Source of the DNA: Gemmatimonadota bacterium
GTDB taxonomy: Bacteria; Gemmatimonadota; Gemmatimonadetes; Gemmatimonadales; GWC2-71-9
DNA: 64,000 nucleotides
NCBI GenBank assembly: GCA_025358055.1
Contig: JANYKV010000090.1
Coordinates: 1,075 to 65,074, forward strand
Direction: 5' to 3'
The notes under the pieces are model-generated. The model saw only the letters and a list, made by a program, of their open reading frames with translations. It made no database searches and was not told the DNA's origin. Position numbers and translations under genes: made by a program. This document shows positions 1 to 8,550 of the stretch, in pieces (position 1 is the stretch's first letter; each line of letters begins with the position of its first letter).

Positions 1-310
1 ACGCTCCGAGGACCGGGCATGATCTTGCGTTTCGGCTTAGGTCGTCCCCATCTTTGGAATGCCCACGCGGGTAACCTCAACCTGAACCGAGGAGGTGATC
101 CATTGTCTGGTGATGAACGTCGTTCGAGCTTGGGCTGGGCAAACGATCGCCTGGAGAAGTAGGAGCACGGGAGATCGTCTCGAGCTCGATGGCTTCTGGT
201 CGCGCCGATTGTCTTGATGGAGCGTGGTATGCTGCTCCCCCAGGGTGGTTGGCGCGATCCACGTGGGGACCTCGCTCCCGCCGCCTGCTCCTCCCGCTTA
301 CCTTTTCACG

Positions 311-1057
311 ATGCCAAAGTCGCCCGCTGCTTCTTACTGGTCAGCCAGCCGTTCGCCCCGGTATAGCGTCCTCTTTGCATTCCCGCTCCTGGCGCTTTAC
401 GAAGCTCTCGCGATCCTACTGAACCAGGATGCGGTGGGCGGAGTGCGAAACGGGGCTGACGTACTTCTCAAGAGTTTGTTCTCGGTGCTTGGTGGCCGCG
501 ACGGCCTAGCGGTTTTCGCACTGGTCTTGGTGGGCACCGGCATCTTCATCGTTTGGCGCGACGTCCGAGCGCATCGGGGCGACCTGCGTCTGGCGGTCTT
601 CGCCGGGATGGGTCTCGAGTCCATCGCTTACGCCCTCGTGCTCGGCCTCGTGGCTGGTGCGCTGACCTCGATGCTACTCCACGGTACTCTGGTGATACCG
701 GGGAGCGCCCGGGGGCCTCGGCTCGACCTTGCTACTCAGCTCGTGGTCTCGCTCGGCGCGGGGATCTACGAGGAGCTGCTGTTCCGGGTCTTGGTAGTGG
801 GGACATTGGCGTGGGGCGCGCAGCGTGTTCTGGGATGGAAGCCCGCCGCCGCCGGAGCCTTCGCCGCGGCACTCGGGGCGCTCATTTTTTCAGCGTTTCA
901 CTATGTCGGACCCTACGGTGACCGTCTCACCCTCGCATCCTTCACCTTTCGCGCCGTGGCGGGTCTCCTGTTCAGCGGACTCTACCTCTTGCGAGGATTC
1001 GGAATCACCGCGTGGTCTCACGCGCTGTATGATGTGATCCTATCGCTCAGCCGGTAG
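311..1057 (+). CDS. CPBP family intramembrane glutamic endopeptidase (CAAX-protease-like)
   Basis: ORF 224..1057, polytopic and hydrophobic. The CPBP motifs occur in order: EELLFR, FSAFH, WSHALYD. ATG 311 is taken as the start because the upstream part of the ORF does not look like membrane protein. Confidence 0.8.
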   Translation: MPKSPAASYWSASRSPRYSVLFAFPLLALYEALAILLNQDAVGGVRNGADVLLKSLFSVLGGRDGLAVFALVLVGTGIFIVWRDVRAHRGDLRLAVFAGMGLESIAYALVLGLVAGALTSMLLHGTLVIPGSARGPRLDLATQLVVSLGAGIYEELLFRVLVVGTLAWGAQRVLGWKPAAAGAFAAALGALIFSAFHYVGPYGDRLTLASFTFRAVAGLLFSGLYLLRGFGITAWSHALYDVILSLSR

Positions 1058-1064
1058 CCGTCCA

Positions 1065-1688
1065 CTACGACCCTTTCTTCCCCCTCGCACTTTTCGCCAC
1101 GACCAGGGAATCGAGCAGCTGGCGGAACAGCTCGATCGGTTGGGCTCCGACAACCAGCAGTCCTTCCACGTAAAAGGTCGGCGTGCTCTGGGCGCCTGCC
1201 TTGACGGCGCCTTCTGCATCGCCTCGGATTTCGGCGAGTGTCTCGGATTTTTGCAGGCACGCGGTCATCGGGGCGCGGAGAAGCCTGAGCGGATCGAAGA
1301 GCGACACCAAGTAGGGGCCGGGATCCTTGAGGGGTGCCCACTTTTCTTGTTCTTGATAGAGGATATCGTGTGCTTGCCAGAATTTGCCTTGCCGGGCGGA
1401 GCACATCGCGAATTGCGCGGCGGCTACGGCGTTCGGGTGAATCGAGGCCAGAGGGAAATTGATGAAGACCCAGCGGACTTTGCCGGTCGCGACGTATTCG
1501 CGCTCGAGGGTCGGGAAGGTCTCGAGGGTGTGCCGGCGACAATACGGGCACTGAAAGTCCGACATTTCGTAGACGGTCACTGCGGCGCTCGGCGAGCCCT
1601 TGGAGCGGGGTGCAAGGGTTGGATCTTGGGCCGCCGCGGGTAGGGCCGCCAGCAGCACGAACAGCGCACCGCAGCCGAGTTGCCGCAT
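1065..1688 (-). CDS. DsbA-family thiol:disulfide oxidoreductase, secreted
   Basis: ORF 1065..1955 trimmed to ATG 1688, which follows the TAG 1690-1692 of the upstream gene. Signal peptide MRQLGCGALFVLLAALPAAAQ. Thioredoxin-fold CxxC in FQCPYC and a DsbA-like C-terminus (STPTFYVEG). Confidence 0.8.
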   Translation of the reverse strand: MRQLGCGALFVLLAALPAAAQDPTLAPRSKGSPSAAVTVYEMSDFQCPYCRRHTLETFPTLEREYVATGKVRWVFINFPLASIHPNAVAAAQFAMCSARQGKFWQAHDILYQEQEKWAPLKDPGPYLVSLFDPLRLLRAPMTACLQKSETLAEIRGDAEGAVKAGAQSTPTFYVEGLLVVGAQPIELFRQLLDSLVVAKSARGKKGS

Positions 1689-1689
1689 C

Positions 1690-2430
1690 CTAGTACCTTG
1701 GCCGTGAACGGCCCGTCGCGGGGGAAAGGCGGATCGTGTCGTCTTTCGCCCGGATGTTCCAATACCACTCGGCGTTTGGATCACGCGCATCGAGCGAGCG
1801 CGCATACACCCACCACTCGCCGCGCCGCAGCTTGACCCGACCATAGCCTTGGACGTCCGTCGAGTCTCCGACCGGCTCGTACATTCGACTGTTTGCGAGG
1901 CCGCGCACCGTACGCTCGTAGTCGCGATATGTGCTATCTTCCCAGCGCCGCACATCGGCTCGCAAGGTGTCGATCCGAGGCGAGAGCGTCTTCCGAGCGC
2001 GTTCGAGGTCGACGGCCGCCGCGTCGCGCACTTTCCCGACCGCTGTGAGCGAGTCGGCCTCTCGTTCGAACCGCGTGAAAAGCGGGGCGTACTCCGGTGC
2101 GGCTCTTGACAAGCCTTCGAGCTGAGCTTTGAGACGCTTCATCGAACTTTGCAACCGTTCCGCCGTGCGGAGCGCTCCGGCATACGCCGCATAGGGCTCG
2201 CGGAACGTGCGAAACAGACTGTCGAGGATTTGCGTATGGGGCCGGGGCGCGGAGGCACGTTGCTCCAAAGATTGGAGAACGCTGTCCCGGTCGTAAGGCA
2301 GAAATGCGACAGTGACGCCCGCGACCGGCCGTTCAACACCCTCCTCATCCGGGACGGTGACCCGGAAGACGACGGTGCCGCGGTCACAGGCCGCGAAGAC
2401 GAGTGCGAGGAGAACAATCCAGCGTGACAC
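1690..2430 (-). CDS. hypothetical lipoprotein (beta-rich ends flanking a long helical R/E/A-rich insert)
   Basis: The GTG at 2430 is the only start that keeps the lipobox signal MSRWIVLLALVFAAC. No family recognised. It is directly followed by the DsbA gene. Confidence 0.55.
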   Translation of the reverse strand: MSRWIVLLALVFAACDRGTVVFRVTVPDEEGVERPVAGVTVAFLPYDRDSVLQSLEQRASAPRPHTQILDSLFRTFREPYAAYAGALRTAERLQSSMKRLKAQLEGLSRAAPEYAPLFTRFEREADSLTAVGKVRDAAAVDLERARKTLSPRIDTLRADVRRWEDSTYRDYERTVRGLANSRMYEPVGDSTDVQGYGRVKLRRGEWWVYARSLDARDPNAEWYWNIRAKDDTIRLSPATGRSRPRY

Positions 2431-3245
2431 GCGCGAAAGGTATCAGGGTTCTAGTACTGCTACAACTCGTTGCGCTGCCTCTAGTGGCGCAGCAGGATGC
2501 CTTGCGCAAGCTCTTTCCGCCCACCCCGGCGGGATATGTCACCGATGTGGCACGCTTGCTCGATCCGGCCACCGTTTCGCGACTGGACTCCCTGGCGATC
2601 AGGCTCCGAGCCGTGACGGGCGCGGAGATGGCCATCGTGACCCTTCCCACGATCGGCGACCGGAGCGCTGCCGAGGTGGCGCTCGAGATCGGACGGGTGT
2701 GGAAGGTTGGCGCGAAAGCGGAGGTGGGCGATGCCCGGCACAACGCCGGGTTGGTGCTGTTGCTGGTGCCGCGTGCGCGGGACGGGACGCAGGCGGGACA
2801 CGTGCGCATCGAGGTGGGCCAAGGCCTTGAAGGCATCGTAACCGACCTCCAGTCCAGCCGGGTTCGTGACCTCATGGTGCCGGCGCTTCGCTCGGGCGAC
2901 TACGGGCAGGGTCTCGAGACGGGTGCGAAAGCACTGGCGAGTATCATCGTTCAGGGCATGGGGATTCGTGATTCCTCATTGGCTCAGCCCGATCAGGTGA
3001 GTCAACCCGAAACAGGACGGAAGATTCCGACTCGGATAATCCTCATTGCCGTGATCGTGATCTGGATTCTCCTGTTCAACGCCAAACGACGGGGCGGGGG
3101 GTGGCTCCGCGGGGTCGGCCCCTGGATCGGTGGAGGCAGTTGGGGTGGGGGTGGCGGTGGATTCGGTGGGGGCGGTGGCGGAGGATTTGGTGGATTTGGT
3201 GGTGGGGGAGGGTTCAGTGGTGGCGGTTCCGGAGGAGACTTTTGA
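2424..3245 (+). CDS. TPM-domain protein (YgcG-like): signal peptide, one TM helix, Gly-rich tail
   Basis: ORF 2403..3245, with the start placed at GTG 2424 (GAGGAG at 2407-2412). Signal peptide ends ..LPLVAQQ. TPM-type core YVTDVARLL...VTGAEMAIVTLPTIG, TM helix IILIAVIVIWILLF, and a GGGGFGGGGGGGFGG tail. Confidence 0.8.
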   Translation: MTRAKGIRVLVLLQLVALPLVAQQDALRKLFPPTPAGYVTDVARLLDPATVSRLDSLAIRLRAVTGAEMAIVTLPTIGDRSAAEVALEIGRVWKVGAKAEVGDARHNAGLVLLLVPRARDGTQAGHVRIEVGQGLEGIVTDLQSSRVRDLMVPALRSGDYGQGLETGAKALASIIVQGMGIRDSSLAQPDQVSQPETGRKIPTRIILIAVIVIWILLFNAKRRGGGWLRGVGPWIGGGSWGGGGGGFGGGGGGGFGGFGGGGGFSGGGSGGDF

Positions 3246-3964
3246 TGAAGCCCGATATCGAAAAAGTCGTTCGCCCAATTTTGGAGCGCATCGATGGTGT
3301 GCTGGGCGGTTCCTACAGTGCGATGCTGTATGGATCCGCGGTGAGGGACGATTTCCGGCTGGGTCGCTCGGACATCAACCTTCTGGTGATCACGGATAGT
3401 TTGGCGCCCGAAGCGCTTCGGAAGCTGGCCCCAGTCCTTAGCCAGTTCGAGAAGGACGGCCATGCTCCACCGTTGTTGATGACCCGGGATGAATGGCGGC
3501 GAGCCTCGGACGTGTTTCCAATTGAAATCGCCGACATGCGGCTCGCGTGTGAGGTCGTCCGAGGAATTGATCCGTTGCAGGATGTCCGCATCAACCTCCT
3601 CGATCTACGCCGGTCGTTGGAGCATGAATTTCGGGGGAGGGTGCTCCGACTACGCCAGGCCTACATGGCGTTAGGGGAGAAACCGAAGGAACTCACCCAT
3701 GCGGTGCGGCGAAGCTTTTCCTCGGTGATGACGCTGCTGCGCTGCTCCTGCGTGCTCCTCAAGCAGGAGGTTCCGAAGGAAGGGGAACAGCTCTGCCAAT
3801 CCGCCGGAAAGGCCATGGGGTTCGACCCCGGTGCCCTCCTCGCCATTCTTCGGGGACGGGACGACAAGAACTGGGTGTGCACCGCTTCGGAGTGTGAGGC
3901 CTATCTCACAGCCGTGAGTCGGGCCGTGCAATTCATCGATCAACTTCAACCAGGAGATTCCTGA
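3245..3964 (+). CDS. Pol-beta-superfamily nucleotidyltransferase domain protein with helical C-terminal domain (catalytic motif degenerate)
   Basis: ORF 3101..3964 trimmed to ATG 3245, which forms a TGATG overlap with the TPM stop. Minimal NTase motif YGSAVRDDFRLGRSDINLLV, followed by about 130 aa of helical domain. The W/R-rich upstream part of the ORF is an out-of-frame shadow of the Gly-rich tail. Confidence 0.7.
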   Translation: MKPDIEKVVRPILERIDGVLGGSYSAMLYGSAVRDDFRLGRSDINLLVITDSLAPEALRKLAPVLSQFEKDGHAPPLLMTRDEWRRASDVFPIEIADMRLACEVVRGIDPLQDVRINLLDLRRSLEHEFRGRVLRLRQAYMALGEKPKELTHAVRRSFSSVMTLLRCSCVLLKQEVPKEGEQLCQSAGKAMGFDPGALLAILRGRDDKNWVCTASECEAYLTAVSRAVQFIDQLQPGDS

Positions 3965-4536
3965 TGCGTCGCCGCGTTTTCATGACGGCCCTGCTGGGTC
4001 TCGTCGCGTTCTCCAGCACGGGGTGTGGGTACAATGCCATTCAAGCCAAAGACGAGGCGGTCAACAAGGCCGCGAGCCTGATCAAAGTGCAGTTGCAACG
4101 ACGCTTCGATCTGATTCCGAATCTCGTTGAGACGGTGAAAGGTTTCGCGAAACAGGAGCAAGCGGTCTTCGGCCAGATTGCGGAAGCGCGGGCCAAGCTG
4201 GGTGGTGCGATTCAGACCGGCAAGATGGGCGACATGGCGGATGCGAACCAAGGGCTGACCAGCGCATTGGGCCGGCTCCTCGTGATCACGGAGAATTATC
4301 CGGACCTCAAGTCCAACCAGAACTTTCGAGATCTGCAAAGCCAGTTGGAAGGCACCGAAAACCGGATTAGCGTCGCCCGGCAGGACTACAACGGGGCCGT
4401 GAACGACTATAATCAATACATTCGGACCTTCCCGGTGAATTTGACCGCGAAAATGTTCGGGCAAGGGAAGCCAAGGGAGTACTTCGACCTGAGCACCAAG
4501 AAGGCGGAAGATGCTCCCCAGGTGAAATTCAACTAA
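3964..4536 (+). CDS. lemA: LemA family lipoprotein
   Basis: ATG 3964 overlaps the stop of the NTase gene (TGATG at 3962-3966). Lipobox FSSTGC. LemA signatures RRFDLIPNLVETVKG and ENYPDLKSNQNF...RISVARQDYN. Confidence 0.9.
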   Translation: MRRRVFMTALLGLVAFSSTGCGYNAIQAKDEAVNKAASLIKVQLQRRFDLIPNLVETVKGFAKQEQAVFGQIAEARAKLGGAIQTGKMGDMADANQGLTSALGRLLVITENYPDLKSNQNFRDLQSQLEGTENRISVARQDYNGAVNDYNQYIRTFPVNLTAKMFGQGKPREYFDLSTKKAEDAPQVKFN

Positions 4537-4560
4537 TTGGCGGCGTATCAACCCAACGAG

Positions 4561-4599
4561 AAGGGGAATAGGGGGCCGGTTGGCTCGCCTATTCCCCTT
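4561..4599. terminator. hairpin between convergent lemA and M23 peptidase genes (bidirectional terminator candidate)
   Basis: aaggggaatagg (4561-4572) and cctattcccctt (4588-4599) are perfectly complementary 12-nt arms with a 15-nt loop. There is no clear U-tract. Confidence 0.5.
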
Positions 4600-4631
4600 G
4601 GTCTTCCTACCCCAGCCGCGCCCCGTCGATG

Positions 4632-5558
4632 TCAGTCCGTGATGACACCGGGCAGAATATAGTGCAGCGGATCGACTGGCCTACCGTTGACATGCACCTC
4701 GTAGTGCAGATGGGGACCGGTCGAAAGTCCGGTGTTTCCAACCAACGCAATCCGAGCGCCTCTCGCGACCCGCTGCCCCACGTGCACCAGAGTCCGTGAG
4801 ATGTGGGCGAACTTGGTGTGCACGCCGAATCCGTGATCAATCACCACTGTGTTGCCGTAGCCCGCCTCCCAACCGGTTTCGATGATTTTGCCCGCGGCGG
4901 GCGCCTCGATCGACGCCCCCATGGGGGCCGTAACGTCTATGCCTTCGTGGGGGCGCGCGATATGGAGGATCGGGTGCTCTCGCATCCGGCTGAACTCGCT
5001 CGAGAGCCAGCCCTGCGTGGGCATGATCGACGGCGTAGCTGTCGTTCGATCGGCGTGGGCGCTCAGACTTTCCGCGGCCTGGGAGAATGAGTTTGCGAGC
5101 AGGTCGGCCCGGCGGATCAACGCGCTGAGGTCGACAGTCACTTCATCCGTGCGGGAGACGAGTACGCTTTCCGATTTGCCGCCCGAGGAATCACCCGGGG
5201 CCCTGGGGCCACCGATGCCGACGCCCCGCACCTCAGGGTCGATCGGTTCGAGATTGGCTAGCAACCGAATCCGGGCATCGCGCTTTTCGATTAGAGCGAT
5301 CGTGTCGGTCAGCACGCTCAACCGCCCGTGCAGTTGTCCGAGCGCTTCCGCCAATCGTGCGTTCTCACTTCGCAATGCATCACTCTTGGCCAGATGGAGT
5401 GAGCGCGACACCGTCGCGTAGCCTATGAGCAGGGTCAAGATCGCGAAGGCCACGCCAAGGGTTGCAAGCAGCTTTAGCGCTGTATGCGAGATCTCGACGA
5501 CCTTTGATTTGCTCGATCCTTGGGGGACGACAACAATCGTCCAACGACCCTTTGCCAT
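4632..5558 (-). CDS. M23 family metallopeptidase (LytM-type peptidoglycan endopeptidase) with N-terminal TM anchor and coiled coil
   Basis: ORF 4632..5690 trimmed to ATG 5558. Motifs HEGIDV and GNTGLSTGPHLHYEV (HxxxD and HxH). TM helix LLATLGVAFAILTLLIGY. Confidence 0.85.
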   Translation of the reverse strand: MAKGRWTIVVVPQGSSKSKVVEISHTALKLLATLGVAFAILTLLIGYATVSRSLHLAKSDALRSENARLAEALGQLHGRLSVLTDTIALIEKRDARIRLLANLEPIDPEVRGVGIGGPRAPGDSSGGKSESVLVSRTDEVTVDLSALIRRADLLANSFSQAAESLSAHADRTTATPSIMPTQGWLSSEFSRMREHPILHIARPHEGIDVTAPMGASIEAPAAGKIIETGWEAGYGNTVVIDHGFGVHTKFAHISRTLVHVGQRVARGARIALVGNTGLSTGPHLHYEVHVNGRPVDPLHYILPGVITD

Positions 5559-5847
5559 GAGGCTCCCAACTGACGAACGGGCGAGCTTGAGGTACCAGAA
5601 CGAGGCCTGATTCGCGGAACCTGAGCGCGACGTGCGTGACCATGCGGGAACTGTACCGGAGGTGATAAGATGGCCCGTGAACCGACTCATGTCAAGACGG
5701 GAAGCGCAAGTGTTAACCTGTTGTCTGGTAATAGTTTCGGAGGGTACACAGCCGGGGTGAGGTCAGACTTCGAGCAGCGGCCCTTGGGGGCACAATCGGT
5801 TGCAGTGGGAGGATCGTGGTACTGAAGAAGGCGAGAGCGCTCGCAAT

Positions 5848-5867
5848 GCGCATGCCTCGGCATGCGC
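5848..5867 (-). terminator. hairpin about 25 nt downstream of the metG stop
   Basis: gcgcatgcc (5848-5856) and ggcatgcgc (5859-5867) are perfect 9-nt inverted arms. No U-tract follows on the minus strand, so the assignment is weak. Confidence 0.3.
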
Positions 5868-5892
5868 CAACCATTGCAGTGCGGGCGTCGTG

Positions 5893-7410
5893 TTAGGAAG
5901 GTGTTTGGGGCTTCGGGAACAGGTTCTCGGGTTTCTTGGCGGCGCATCGCGCAACCGGTGGGTCGGACAAGGTTTCCCAGTTGGCGCCGGCGGCATGGCC
6001 GCTCTGGCCCAAAGCGGCCCACAACGCTTCGGATTTCGCCGGCAGGAACGGACTGCTCATGACACTGAGGCGATACAGGCATCGAACGAGAGCGCTGAGG
6101 GTCCCGTCCAGATCCGCGTCCCGTTGCTCTTTCGCGAGGCTCCAGGGCGCCTTCTGGACGATGTATTGATTCGCGGTCGCGACGAGCGACCACGCCGCCT
6201 CGGCCCCTCCGCGGAGATCGAGCTGATCCATGGCCCGGGCGTAAGCAGCCACACAGGCACGTCCCGCCTCGTCCAGAGGGGTCAGGCCGCTGGTCTCTGG
6301 GACGACACCGGACCGATACTTTTCGAGCATCGCGAGCGACCGGGACGCGAGGTTGCCCAAGCCATCCGCGAGGTCGGCGGTGTAGCGCTCGTCGAACCGT
6401 TCCCAGGTAAAATTCCCGTCGTTCTCGAACCCTACTTCTCGCAGGAGGAAATAGCGAAGCCCATCGGCTCCGTGACGTGAGATGGCGTCGTCCAAACTCA
6501 CAACGGTGCCCGCCGACTTGGACATCTTTGCCCCGTCCCACTGCACGTACCCGTGCGCCCACACCTTGCCCGGCAGGGGGAGCCCCGCGGCGAGGAGCAT
6601 GGCGGGCCAAATTACGCAGTGAAAGCGCGTGATGCCTTTGCCGATCACGTTCAGATCGGTTGGCCACAGGCGCTCATACCCTGGGTCGGGGAAACCGGTC
6701 GCCGAGAGGTAGTTGATCAAGGCATCGAACCACACATAGACGGTGTGGGACGGGTCGCCGGGGAAGGGGATCCCCCACGGAATGCGGACCCTGGAAATGG
6801 AGATGTCCACCAGCCCTTCCTCGAGCAAGCGTACGATCTCGTTCCGCCGAATGGCGGGTTCCACGGGAAACTCGCCGCTCGTGATCAGACGGAGTAACTC
6901 GTCACGATATCGGCTCAATCGGAAGAAATGGTTTCGCTCCTTGGTCCGGACGAGCGGCCGCGTCGGGTGCTCGATACAATGACCGTCGACGATTTGATTG
7001 TCTTGCTTGAATTCTTCACATCCAACGCAATACCAACCTTCGTATTCTCCGAGAAAAAGATCCTCGGGGCTTCGCTGCTGAATGCGCTCCAAGAGTGCGG
7101 TGACCGTCTTGGCGTGGCGGGGCTCGGTGGTGCGAATCCAGTCATCGTGCGAGCAGAGGAGCTGCTTCCAGGCGGTATCGAACCGGTTCGCGATGTGATC
7201 GACCCACTCCTGGGGCGGGGCCCCGTTCGTTTCCGCCGCCTGGGCGACGTTCTGCCCGTGTTCATCCATCCCCATCACGAAGTGGACCTGATCGCCCCGC
7301 AATCGGCGGTAGCGAGCGATACAATCAGCGCCGACCTTCTCCAGGGCGTGGCCGAGATGGGGATCGCCGTTGGCGTAATCAATGGCGGTGTTGATGTAGA
7401 ACTTGGCCAC
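5893..7410 (-). CDS. metG: methionine--tRNA ligase, short form without C-terminal tRNA-binding domain
   Basis: HIGH-type GDPHLGH, KMSKS present, and zinc knuckle CVGCEEF...CIEHP. The GTG start at 7410 abuts the TGA (7411-7413) of the upstream gene. Length 505 aa. Confidence 0.95.
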   Translation of the reverse strand: MAKFYINTAIDYANGDPHLGHALEKVGADCIARYRRLRGDQVHFVMGMDEHGQNVAQAAETNGAPPQEWVDHIANRFDTAWKQLLCSHDDWIRTTEPRHAKTVTALLERIQQRSPEDLFLGEYEGWYCVGCEEFKQDNQIVDGHCIEHPTRPLVRTKERNHFFRLSRYRDELLRLITSGEFPVEPAIRRNEIVRLLEEGLVDISISRVRIPWGIPFPGDPSHTVYVWFDALINYLSATGFPDPGYERLWPTDLNVIGKGITRFHCVIWPAMLLAAGLPLPGKVWAHGYVQWDGAKMSKSAGTVVSLDDAISRHGADGLRYFLLREVGFENDGNFTWERFDERYTADLADGLGNLASRSLAMLEKYRSGVVPETSGLTPLDEAGRACVAAYARAMDQLDLRGGAEAAWSLVATANQYIVQKAPWSLAKEQRDADLDGTLSALVRCLYRLSVMSSPFLPAKSEALWAALGQSGHAAGANWETLSDPPVARCAAKKPENLFPKPQTPS

Positions 7411-8550
7411 TCAAGACTCAGGTGAGGGAGGCGGCCCGCCCGGCGGTCGAGGGCCACGCCGTCGGCGACGACGCCGACTCTTCTTGTGCTCGAGCGGCCC
7501 ACTCTCGGTCGTAGGAGTCGAAGGCTGGCTCGGAACGACCTCGGCTGCCGGCGGCGGAGGCGGTGCCGCACGCGGCGCCACGGGGGGGGGCCGAGGATCC
7601 CGTGAAGGTCGAGGCGCTGGCGGCCGGGCACGCGATGGTGGCCGGCTCGGTGCCGCTTGGGGGGTTGCCGGCCGTGGTGGTGGTAGGGGGAGCGCCTCGG
7701 ACATTTCGGGGCGATCCTGCTCCTCCTGGAATTCTACCAGTGTGACGATCCGCGGACCGTGCTCTTCGCTTCGAAGGAAGACCCGTTCGCGGAAGATGTC
7801 TACCGCGACGACTCGTTCGGTCCCGCGGGTGGTGCGCACCGCCTTGCCCTCTTTGGGGAAGCGTTTCCGCGAGGTGACGTAGAACTCATGCTCGTATTTC
7901 AGGCAGCAGAGAAGTCGGCCGCAGCCGCCCGAGATTTGGGCTGGGTTGAGTGAGAGGTGCTGGTCTTTCGCGAGAGCGAGGTTCACCGGAGAGAGTTCGC
8001 GGAGCCAGGTGGAGCAACAATATTCCTTGCCGCATCGTCCCACCCCACCGAGTCGCGCCGCCTCATCGCGGACGCCGATCTGTCGGAGTTCGATCCGGGT
8101 CTTGAATTGGGTCGCCAGGTCGCGGACCAGCGCCCGGAAGTCCACTCGCTTTTCGGCGGTGAAATAGATCGTGAGCTTATTGCGATCCCATTGCCACTCC
8201 GTGTCCGACGTCTTCATCTCGAGGCCGTGCGCGGACACCTTGGCCGCGACCTCGCGCCGGCTCTCTTCCTCCAACCTCCGGAGATCGTTCGCGATCCGGA
8301 TTTCGGCTTGGGTGGCAATACGGACGACGGCGCGAGTTGCGCTGGGCGTTTCGCCGACGGCGCAGCCGGCGCAGCCAGAGGCGCATTTCTTGGTGGCTTG
8401 ATCGCCCACCACGGAGACCCGGCCGAAATCGATTCCCCGCTCTGCCTCGACAATGACCGGGTCTCGGGTGTGCAGCGGAGGGGACTCGTCCGGCCAGAGG
8501 AAATAGTCTTTACGATTGCCCTTGAAGCGCACTTCTACGGTTTGGGGCAT
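7411..8550 (-). CDS. PSP1 domain protein (YaaT/RicT-like) with about 100-aa Pro/Arg-rich C-terminal extension
   Basis: PSP1 core KRVDFRALVRDLATQFKTRIELRQIGVRDEAARLGGVGRCGKEYCCSTWL...LLCCLKYEHEFY. The tail runs PPPRPATPQAAPSRPPSRARPPAPRP...KKSRRRRRRRGPRPPGGPPPSPES. Confidence 0.8.
   Translation of the reverse strand: MPQTVEVRFKGNRKDYFLWPDESPPLHTRDPVIVEAERGIDFGRVSVVGDQATKKCASGCAGCAVGETPSATRAVVRIATQAEIRIANDLRRLEEESRREVAAKVSAHGLEMKTSDTEWQWDRNKLTIYFTAEKRVDFRALVRDLATQFKTRIELRQIGVRDEAARLGGVGRCGKEYCCSTWLRELSPVNLALAKDQHLSLNPAQISGGCGRLLCCLKYEHEFYVTSRKRFPKEGKAVRTTRGTERVVAVDIFRERVFLRSEEHGPRIVTLVEFQEEQDRPEMSEALPLPPPRPATPQAAPSRPPSRARPPAPRPSRDPRPPPVAPRAAPPPPPAAEVVPSQPSTPTTESGPLEHKKSRRRRRRRGPRPPGGPPPSPES

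Noticed and set aside
89-101. gaggaggtgatcc is the complement of the 16S rRNA 3' end (GGATCACCTCCTC), hinting at an rRNA gene on the minus strand.
   Set aside because: The flanking sequence lacks the conserved 16S 3'-terminal helix and any other rRNA signature. A 13-nt match is best explained by chance or as an SD-like element.
1-162. Frame +1 is open from the window edge to TAG 160-162 (..GNLNLNRGGDPLSGDERRSSLGWANDRLEK), which could be the 3' end of a gene.
   Set aside because: Only 53 codons are visible and no recognisable motif is present. I cannot distinguish it from a chance open frame in high-GC DNA, so it is not reported as a feature.
3118-3242. Dense G-runs (ggggtgggggtggcggtgg...gggggcggtggcgg...gggggaggg) could be a G-quadruplex or repeat element.
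   Set aside because: The stretch is fully explained as GGN codons encoding the GGGFGGG tail that is common in YgcG-like TPM proteins. There is no evidence for a separate function.
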